Below, one piece after another: positions 56,535-64,000 of a stretch of DNA of 64,000 bases. The stretch is from Pseudomonadota bacterium. GTDB lineage: Bacteria; Pseudomonadota; Gammaproteobacteria; Ga0077536. The notes beneath the pieces were generated by a model that made no database searches, was not told the origin of the DNA, and was given only the letters and a program-made list of their open reading frames with translations. The DNA lies in NCBI GenBank assembly GCA_018668255.1, contig JABISZ010000054.1:7780-71779 (forward strand). The letters are read 5' to 3'. A program made the translations under genes and the position numbers. Numbering within the stretch: position 1 is the first letter of the stretch; every line of letters starts with the position of its first letter.

Positions 56535-58703
56535 CTATATTTTTTTTAGCCCCGCATAACCCAACACTAGCCACTTTACCCCTTTGTCTTGAAAGTTGAC
56601 CTGCACTCGAGCATGTTCACCCTGGCCCTCAACTTGCAGAACGACCCCTTCTCCAAATGCTTTATGGAGGACAGGCTGTCCCAAGCGAAAATTAGGGTCG
56701 TGCGGAGTTTTTCCAGATTTTAAAGTGGGTTTCAGCTTCTGTGTTGCATAGAAATTTCCACCCACTCTTACATTTTCAATGGCCTCTAACGGAAGTTCAC
56801 TAATGAATCTAGAAGGCTGAGGATAATAATCAGCACCATGCAATCGGCGGGACTGTGCGTTGGTAATGACTAACTTTCTCATTGCGCGAGTAATTCCAAC
56901 GTAGCAAAGTCGTCGTTCTTCTTCAAGCTGGGCTGGGTCTCCTGAAGAACGCTGATGTGGAAACAAGCCTTCTTCAACACCGACAAGAAAAACCAACGGG
57001 AATTCCAGGCCTTTTGCGGAATGTAATGTCATTAATTGAACGCAGTCAGCATCCTTAGAGGCCTGGTTCTCTCCTGACTCTAGTGCCGCCTTAGATAAAA
57101 ATGCATCCAGTAATGAAAGCCCTTGATCCTCGGCGCTAGGGACAAAATCTCTGGCCGCCTCAATCAATTCGTCAAGATTCTCAACCCGATCAAAACCTCG
57201 CTCACCTTTTTCTTTTTTATAGTGCTCAACGAGCCCACTTAGGGTTATGACGGCCTCTAACAAAGCAGACAAATCGACATCGGAGAATGTTGAGCTCATC
57301 CGGTCAATCAGGTCCCTAAATCGCTGAAAGCTTGCTAAAGCTCTGGGCGAAAAAAGATTTGCATCAATTTGGCGCTGCATTGCTTCCCACAGAGTAATTT
57401 CGCTGCTTCTCGCAATCAACCGAAGTTCATCTAATGTACGCTGACCTATTCCCCGTGGCGGAAAATTTACTATCCGCTCAAATGCAGCATCGTCACTACG
57501 AGAGTTAGCTAGACGCACATAAGCTAATGCATCTTTTATCTCCGCGCGCTCATAAAACTTAAAACCTCCGTACACTCTATAAGGTAAATCTGTTTGTCGC
57601 AACGAATCTTCAAGTACGCGCGATTGAGCGCTCACACGATAGAGAATAGCGCAATCAGAGAGCTTCCCATATTTGTCGCACCACTGGCTAATCTTTTCTG
57701 TTACGAATCTAGATTCATCCACTTCGTTATAAGCGGTATACAAAGATATACTTTCACCAGCTACATCTTCGGTCCATAACTCTTTACCGATTCGGGTAGG
57801 ATTATTGCTTATCAAAGCATTTGCCGCATCAAGGATATTGCGAGTGGAGCGATAATTTTGCTCAAGACGAATCATTTCATGCTTAGCGAAGTCTCGTCGA
57901 AATCGTTGCATGTTCTCAACCTCAGCACCGCGCCAACTATAAATAGATTGATCGTCGTCACCAACTGCATAAAACTGACTCTCTCCCCCCGAGAGCTGTC
58001 GAAGCCATGCATATTGAATAGCATTGGTGTCCTGAAATTCATCAACCAAAATATGTCGAAATCGCATTTTATAATGCCGCAACAAACTAGGCACGTTAAC
58101 CCACAGCTCGTTAGCTCTCAAAAGTAGCTCGGCAAAGTCAACTAAGCCTGACCTCTCACATGAAACCTCATACGCTTCATAAATTTTAACCATTGTCCTC
58201 GTTGAGCTATCACCATAGTCATCAACATCCTTCGGGCGCTCTCCTCGATCTTTACAACCGTTAATAAACCATTGCACTTCTTTAGCAGGATATTCTTTAT
58301 CGTTTAAACGAAGATCTTTAATCATTCTTTTTACCAGACGTAGTTGATCGTCCGAGTCGATGATTTGAAATTTTTCTGCTAACTTCGCTTCCCTCCAATG
58401 AAGCCTAAGTAATCTGTGAGCGATGCTATGGAAAGTCCCTACCCAAATCGATGTGACTTCAAACTGCGTCAACCCTGCTATCCGAGAACGCATTTCTGCT
58501 GCCGCTTTATTAGTAAACGTCACAGCAAGAATGCTGCTAGGGGATGCCAAACCTGTTTCTAGACACCAAGCTACCCGGTGCACTAGTACTTTAGTTTTGC
58601 CACTGCCTGCACCAGCTAAAACCAACAGCTGAGGCGCCTCGGATGTAACGGCATCTCTCTGTTTTTCGTTCAATACGTCTAAGATCGGATCACTTGCCAT
58701 CAT
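56535..58703 (-). CDS. uvrD: DNA helicase II
   Basis: AGAGSGKT, DEFQDTN, QNYRS, TLHSAKGLEF, C-terminal Tudor-like domain. Confidence 0.97.
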   Translation of the reverse strand: MMASDPILDVLNEKQRDAVTSEAPQLLVLAGAGSGKTKVLVHRVAWCLETGLASPSSILAVTFTNKAAAEMRSRIAGLTQFEVTSIWVGTFHSIAHRLLRLHWREAKLAEKFQIIDSDDQLRLVKRMIKDLRLNDKEYPAKEVQWFINGCKDRGERPKDVDDYGDSSTRTMVKIYEAYEVSCERSGLVDFAELLLRANELWVNVPSLLRHYKMRFRHILVDEFQDTNAIQYAWLRQLSGGESQFYAVGDDDQSIYSWRGAEVENMQRFRRDFAKHEMIRLEQNYRSTRNILDAANALISNNPTRIGKELWTEDVAGESISLYTAYNEVDESRFVTEKISQWCDKYGKLSDCAILYRVSAQSRVLEDSLRQTDLPYRVYGGFKFYERAEIKDALAYVRLANSRSDDAAFERIVNFPPRGIGQRTLDELRLIARSSEITLWEAMQRQIDANLFSPRALASFQRFRDLIDRMSSTFSDVDLSALLEAVITLSGLVEHYKKEKGERGFDRVENLDELIEAARDFVPSAEDQGLSLLDAFLSKAALESGENQASKDADCVQLMTLHSAKGLEFPLVFLVGVEEGLFPHQRSSGDPAQLEEERRLCYVGITRAMRKLVITNAQSRRLHGADYYPQPSRFISELPLEAIENVRVGGNFYATQKLKPTLKSGKTPHDPNFRLGQPVLHKAFGEGVVLQVEGQGEHARVQVNFQDKGVKWLVLGYAGLKKI

Positions 58704-58816
58704 TAAGCCAATAAATTTAATAAACTGGAGCCTGTATAAACCCTATAGGCAAATCGAGGCGGTTAAGATCAAATACGATTTAGCATCCGAATGCCAGAAA
58801 GGTTACGATAGGATAC

Positions 58817-60166
58817 ATGTATTCTAACAAAAATCAGAACTTTAATAACCCTGATGTTTTAAGCGAAGTTGCAGAAAAAGTGCTTCGCATTGCTAAACAA
58901 AAAGGATTAACCGAAATTGAAATCTCTCTATTTGGAGGGGAAGGTGTTGAAACCTCCGTGCGGGATAATACCTGTGAGTCAATTGAGCATCAAAAAGACA
59001 AAAGCATTGCTATCACTGTTTATCAGAGTGGAAGAAAAGGCACCGCAAAAAGCTCTGATTTTTCTACTAGCTCAATTAATAGCACAATCGAGTCGGCCGC
59101 AACTATAGCAGGGTATAGCGAAGTCGATCCCTATGCGGGACTTATAGAAAAAAGATACTTGTGTAATAAAGCAATCAATCTAGATCTAGATTATCCCTGG
59201 GATATAGAAATAGACGAAATGGTTCAAATTGCTGCGCGAGCTGAAATCTCTGCCCTAGATGCCAGTGCAAAGACTCTTAAGTCGGATGGGGTGCATCTAA
59301 GTAAATATCGTGGAGCAAAAGTCTACGCTAATAGTTTGGGGTTCAATCAGGGCTACCAAAGTACGCGACATAGTCTTAGTGCCATCATGATTGCCGAGAA
59401 CGGGCCTAATGAAAAACAAAAAGGGTATTGGTCTTCGTCACACAGAGACCCGACAAAACTCATGAGCCCTGAAGAGATTGGAGCTCTATCCTGTCGACGC
59501 GCGGAAGGAAAACTAAACGCTAAAAAAATACCAACTGGCCAATATGCAATCGTGTTTGAACCTCGCGTCAGCGCAGGTATTTTTGGTCATGTGCTCAGTG
59601 CGCTCTCGGGGAAAGCCCAGTATGAAAAAAACTCTTTTTTAGCAGATTCTCTAGGAAAAATAGTGCTCCCGACTTTTATCTCTATCTCCGAAGACCCACA
59701 TTTGCAAACAGGCCCAAGCAGTGCTCCTTTTGACAGCGATGGAATGGGTACGATGCAAAAAGATTTTGTCCGCCACGGGTGTGTGAAAAATTACGCATTA
59801 AGCGGCTACGCTGCCAGAAAACTGAAAATGGAGCCAACAGGAAATTCTGGAGGATGCTTTAACATTGCGGTTAATGGAGGGGACTATAGCCAAAAAGAAC
59901 TCATCCAGGCTACTAGGTCTGGCCTTCTTATCACCGACTTGATGGGGTTCGGGGTTAACCTACTGACAGGGGACTATTCAAGAGGCGCTTCCGGCTATCT
60001 TATAGAGAATGGGGAGCTTGTCCATGCAGTGGAAGAAATCACGATTGCCGGGAATCTCAAAAAAATGCTAATGGGAATTACTCAAATAGGAAATGATGAA
60101 GACATAGAGGCATCGATAAAAGTTGGCACTCTTTGTATCGACAGCATGACGGTTGCCGGAGGGTGA
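58817..60166 (+). CDS. pmbA: Metalloprotease subunit PmbA/TldE
   Basis: FDSDG, MGFGVN.LTGDYSRGASG, EITIAGNL. Confidence 0.94.
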   Translation: MYSNKNQNFNNPDVLSEVAEKVLRIAKQKGLTEIEISLFGGEGVETSVRDNTCESIEHQKDKSIAITVYQSGRKGTAKSSDFSTSSINSTIESAATIAGYSEVDPYAGLIEKRYLCNKAINLDLDYPWDIEIDEMVQIAARAEISALDASAKTLKSDGVHLSKYRGAKVYANSLGFNQGYQSTRHSLSAIMIAENGPNEKQKGYWSSSHRDPTKLMSPEEIGALSCRRAEGKLNAKKIPTGQYAIVFEPRVSAGIFGHVLSALSGKAQYEKNSFLADSLGKIVLPTFISISEDPHLQTGPSSAPFDSDGMGTMQKDFVRHGCVKNYALSGYAARKLKMEPTGNSGGCFNIAVNGGDYSQKELIQATRSGLLITDLMGFGVNLLTGDYSRGASGYLIENGELVHAVEEITIAGNLKKMLMGITQIGNDEDIEASIKVGTLCIDSMTVAGG

Positions 60167-60188
60167 GGCTCAGCGTAGAACGCATTCT

Positions 60189-61931
60189 TTATCCTTCAAA
60201 TTCGTAATGCGTACTATACAAATGAGAGTAAACCCCTTTTTTACTTAGTAACTCATCATGTGTTCCTGTTTCTAAAATGGTTCCTTTATCTATCACAACT
60301 ATACGATCAGCTTCAATTACTGTTGATAACCTATGTGCCACCACAAGGTTTGTGCGTCCATACCTTAGGCTCTTCAAGGCCTGTTGGATAAGACTTTCTG
60401 CCTCATTATCAAGGGCAGCTGTCGCCTCATCCATAATTAAAATAGGAGCATCTTTGAGGAACGCTCTAGCTATTGCTATCCGCTGCTTTTGTCCTCCCGA
60501 AAGCCGAGACCCATTTTCTCCGACAGTTGTTTGCATCCCATCGGAAAACTGACCAGCAAATGCTAAAACTTGCGCTTTTTCTGCCGCATACAATATCTGC
60601 TCTTCAGTAGCCGCACGGTTCGCCCCATATGCAATGTTGTTATATATTGTATCGTTAAACAGCACGATATTTTGGCTCACATATCCTATATTTGATCGCA
60701 AACTGTCCAAAGAAAAATCTTCTATGTTTATCCCATCAAGACTAATGACTCCATTTGAAGGCGCATAGAATCTTGGCAAGAGATTCACCAGAGTCGACTT
60801 CCCACCTCCAGATTTACCAACAAATGCTACGGTCTCCCCAGGCCGAATAGTCAGAGAAATTTTTGTAAGTACTTCTTGCCCATCATAACGAGCAGAAATG
60901 TCTGCAAACTCGATTTGCCCTTGAACTTTTCCACAGACTCGCCCCTCGTTGTTTTCAACTGGCGTATCAATCAACGTAAATACCGACTTCGCAGCGGCCA
61001 TTCCTCGTTGCAAAAATTCATTGGCCCCAGCTAACCGTTTAATGGGCGGCAAAAGTAGAGCCGTCGCAGTTACGAAAGAAACGAAGTCTCCTCGTGTCAT
61101 TGCCGAATCAGTAGCTTCTTTTAAAGCAAGCATGATTAAAATCGAGATTCCGGTTGCTACTATTAGCTGGATCAAAGGCACGACCATGGCACTAGAGCGG
61201 ACCACTTTCATCTGAAATTTTCGAGCATGATGAACGGCACGTAAAAACCGGCTACCTTCATGTGAATAACCACTGTAAATTTTTATTTCGCGGTGCCCTT
61301 TAATAGCTTCTCCAGCGACTTCATTTAATTCGCCTATCGAGTCTTGCAGACGAGAACTCATATTACGCATCTTTTTTGAAACACGACGGACAACAATAGC
61401 TATTAAAGGAGCGAAAAAAATCAGGAATATCGTTAGCCGCCAATTCAAATAAGTCAGGTAGCCCAACAAAACCAAAACTACTGCAGAATCTTTTACAGCA
61501 ACCGTTATGACTCTCGTTGAAGCCTCAGCAACTTGCGTCACATCAAAAGTAAACTTCGATATCAAGTTACCAGTTCCCGATTTGTCATAAAAACCTGCAG
61601 GTTGCCTGATTAACGCATCGAACATCCGCATTCTTAAATCACAAATAGTTGTCTGTGCGACCCAGTTTAAACTAACCGTCGCGATGTAGCTTAATACTCC
61701 GCGAACAAAAAAAAGCGTTATCAATACTAGCGGGATGTGAAGAGCCAAAGAGCCTTGAGTCTCACCAAAGTCACCGTCAATTAAAGGCTTCACGAGGGCC
61801 GGCAAAATCCACTCAGTGGAGGCTAGCCCAATCATTGCGACTATAGATAAGGCGAACACTTTCCAATGTGGTTTAACAAAAGCAAGAAGCCGAACATATA
61901 TTTTAGACGTGTCTGAATGGAATACCTGCAT
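60189..61931 (-). CDS. msbA: Lipid A export ABC transporter MsbA
   Basis: Six-TM ABC half transporter, GKSGGGKST, LSGGQKQR, DEATAALD. Confidence 0.92.
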   Translation of the reverse strand: MQVFHSDTSKIYVRLLAFVKPHWKVFALSIVAMIGLASTEWILPALVKPLIDGDFGETQGSLALHIPLVLITLFFVRGVLSYIATVSLNWVAQTTICDLRMRMFDALIRQPAGFYDKSGTGNLISKFTFDVTQVAEASTRVITVAVKDSAVVLVLLGYLTYLNWRLTIFLIFFAPLIAIVVRRVSKKMRNMSSRLQDSIGELNEVAGEAIKGHREIKIYSGYSHEGSRFLRAVHHARKFQMKVVRSSAMVVPLIQLIVATGISILIMLALKEATDSAMTRGDFVSFVTATALLLPPIKRLAGANEFLQRGMAAAKSVFTLIDTPVENNEGRVCGKVQGQIEFADISARYDGQEVLTKISLTIRPGETVAFVGKSGGGKSTLVNLLPRFYAPSNGVISLDGINIEDFSLDSLRSNIGYVSQNIVLFNDTIYNNIAYGANRAATEEQILYAAEKAQVLAFAGQFSDGMQTTVGENGSRLSGGQKQRIAIARAFLKDAPILIMDEATAALDNEAESLIQQALKSLRYGRTNLVVAHRLSTVIEADRIVVIDKGTILETGTHDELLSKKGVYSHLYSTHYEFEG

Positions 61932-61975
61932 TTACGAGCCCTACCCCTAACGGTTTTTGTACAAACCTATCATCT

Positions 61976-62734
61976 CTAGACGCTTTTTGCCGCCCATTCT
62001 TTTATTGTCGACACAACATGCGCATCAGAAAACTCTTTCACAACTATTGGCATCAAAGAGAACCCTGATAATGCGATCTCAGCTGCTAGCCTAGATCCTA
62101 AAACCAGCGTCTGCACATCGAAAAGCCAGATAAGATCGTCTGTCATTATTTTACTTACAAGAATGTCTAAAGCTTGTTTACTGGCAATTACAAGAAGATC
62201 TGGAGCAGGGCTAGAATCTAGCTTTTGAAGCAGGTCTCCCTTGATTTCACGCCTGACATAACAGCTCAGGTACTCGACTATATATCCTCGGCTCTCTAAA
62301 CCTCTGCGCAACAACTCACGACCTCCGTTTCCACGGAAAATGACCACCGTCTTAGGAATGCAGGTGCGTTGCAACTCTAATAACTCAAGCAATCCTTCAG
62401 AATTGTAAGAAGTCCTAGGGATGATACAACCGCTTACACCCATGTTTTTAAGGGTCTTTTTCGTCGCAGGCCCTATTCCAAGAACGGAAATATTGACCGA
62501 ATTCTTCGATGCCTCCAAGAATGCTCTAGCGCCGAATCTCGCAGCATTTTTACTAACAAATATTGCGATTTGAAAGTGGGGTGTGAGACCGCAACCTAAC
62601 TGAGAGACGTTAGCTTCTATTTCAAACATAGGCACGTTTACTACTATAGCGCTTTCTTTTTGCAGTAAATGAGACAAAGCTTTGGACTCACTCTCTGGGC
62701 GAGTCAGCAAGACAGACAAGGAGGACAATGACAC
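61976..62734 (-). CDS. hemD: Uroporphyrinogen-III synthase
   Basis: LLTRP, FVSKNA, IGPAT, SEGLL, RGNGGRELL; downstream of hemC. Confidence 0.93.
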   Translation of the reverse strand: MSLSSLSVLLTRPESESKALSHLLQKESAIVVNVPMFEIEANVSQLGCGLTPHFQIAIFVSKNAARFGARAFLEASKNSVNISVLGIGPATKKTLKNMGVSGCIIPRTSYNSEGLLELLELQRTCIPKTVVIFRGNGGRELLRRGLESRGYIVEYLSCYVRREIKGDLLQKLDSSPAPDLLVIASKQALDILVSKIMTDDLIWLFDVQTLVLGSRLAAEIALSGFSLMPIVVKEFSDAHVVSTIKEWAAKSV

Positions 62735-62751
62735 TTAAATAATACCTCTAG

Positions 62752-63675
62752 TCAAACTGCCGATAAAATCTTATCAGCGCCGGCCTCTATAAGTCTATTT
62801 GCAAGAGTTTCTCCAAGCCGTTCCGCATCGCTCTTAGGAGCCTCTAATCGACGATTAATCAATAATTGGCCGTCAATACTTGCTACCACTCCAGTCAAAA
62901 CCAGTTTATCATTTTTGATAACTGCGTGACCCCCAATCGGAACTTGGCAACTTCCGTTCAAAATTCTATTCATCGAGCGCTCTGCTTTAACGCAGTTAGC
63001 AGAACTCTCACAGTTTAAAGGCGCTACAAGAGATTGGACATCGGTCCGCGCCGTGCATACCTCGACTCCTATCGCACCTTGCCCTACAGCTGGCACCAAT
63101 TCGTCTAGACCGAAATATCCGCATTTCGTAGAGATCAAACCTAATCTCTTTAGTCCTGCAGCAGCTAGTACGATCGCATCATATTGACCACTTTGTTGCT
63201 TTTCCAAGCGAGTTGTTACGTTACCCCTTAAATCACGAATATTAAGATCTCTGCGAAGCGCCAATATCTGACTTCGTCTCCTCAAACTCGATGTGCCAAC
63301 TGTTGCGCCAGCAGGCAGAGTAGTCAAATCGTATCCACTACTAGTTACTAGCACGTCTCTAGCATCTTCTCGTCCAAGAATAGACGCTATGCAAAACTCG
63401 GGACTTATGGCGTTGGGCAAGTCTTTCATGGAGTGGACAGCCAGATCGGCTCTACTCTCTAACAGAGCGACCTCAAGCTCTTTTATAAATAAACCTTTCC
63501 CTCCAATCTTAGATAGAGACATATCTAAGACTCTATCTCCCTCGGTAGTTATTTCAATAAATTCAATTCTTAAGTCTGGATTCAAAGCTATAAGTTTGCT
63601 CGCTACAAAACGACTCTGCCAAAGAGCCAACTGGCTAGCTCGGGTTGCGATACGTATTATGCTTTCTTTTTTCAA
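62752..63675 (-). CDS. hemC: Hydroxymethylbilane synthase
   Basis: IATRAS.LALWQ, GGKGLFIKELE, VHSMKD, GTSSLRR, GSCQVP. Confidence 0.98.
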   Translation of the reverse strand: MKKESIIRIATRASQLALWQSRFVASKLIALNPDLRIEFIEITTEGDRVLDMSLSKIGGKGLFIKELEVALLESRADLAVHSMKDLPNAISPEFCIASILGREDARDVLVTSSGYDLTTLPAGATVGTSSLRRRSQILALRRDLNIRDLRGNVTTRLEKQQSGQYDAIVLAAAGLKRLGLISTKCGYFGLDELVPAVGQGAIGVEVCTARTDVQSLVAPLNCESSANCVKAERSMNRILNGSCQVPIGGHAVIKNDKLVLTGVVASIDGQLLINRRLEAPKSDAERLGETLANRLIEAGADKILSAV

Positions 63676-63774
63676 GAAGTTATTCCCACGCTTTTATAAC
63701 TGTATAATGACAATATATCTTAATAATATGAATTAGAGTCGCTGGTTGGGTCTTTTAAAATAGGTTTACATATC

Positions 63775-64000
63775 ATGAAGAAACGTCTCGGAGTCATTAT
63801 GGACCCTATTACAGGGATAAAACCGCACAAGGACACCACCCTCGCACTACTGCTTGCTGCGCAGAAATTTAACTACGACATCTATTATATGGAAATGAGC
63901 AACTTGTCACTAGTGGACGGAGCTGCTTTCGGTAAAGCCAGCAGAATAGAAGTCTACGACTCCAACGATCGTTGGTTTCAATATCTAGGTAATGAGTCCA
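63775..64000 (+). CDS. gshB: Glutathione synthetase (5' part; runs off the window)
   Basis: Hand translation MKKRLGVIMDPITGIKPHKDTTLALLLAAQ matches the GshB N-terminus. Confidence 0.93.
   Translation, partial: MKKRLGVIMDPITGIKPHKDTTLALLLAAQKFNYDIYYMEMSNLSLVDGAAFGKASRIEVYDSNDRWFQYLGNES

Noticed and set aside
1-64000. Many 60-150 aa ORFs antisense to or overlapping recognised genes; also prophage, IS, defence or CRISPR-cas genes
   Set aside because: Shadow ORFs without motifs; no integrase, transposase, phage or cas signatures seen

Overview
Chromosomal window from a low-to-moderate GC bacterium that looks gammaproteobacterial (inferred from gene content and order; possibly marine). Core blocks sit at both ends: rsmE-argH-asmA-like-mutY-yggX on the left; ychF-pth-rplY-prs-tRNA-Gln-ispE-lolB, hemA-prfA-prmC-moeB, xthA, rpmE, yihA, cytochromes c4/c5, dsbA, pstS, uvrD, pmbA, msbA, hemD-hemC and gshB on the right. 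Between them (about 4.9-38.9 kb, around tRNA-Phe) lies a catabolic accessory region with no integrase or transposase. It is rich in amide hydrolases: two divergent N,N-dimethylformamidase (DMFase)-like loci, an acetamidase/formamidase, a signature amidase and an M20 amidohydrolase. Main items absent from or unexplained by the ORF track: (1) a second DMFase-like locus with an extra, translationally coupled alpha-subunit-like gene (alpha-beta-alpha'); (2) a tandem pair of paralogous small RNAs with anti-Shine-Dalgarno CTCCCC loops, each behind an identical 21-bp box; (3) a ~240-nt multi-helix, possibly pseudoknotted RNA candidate after yggX; (4) a SelW/Rdx-family selenoprotein gene (CxxU, in-frame TGA). 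All family calls come from motif recognition by eye; no database searches were run.
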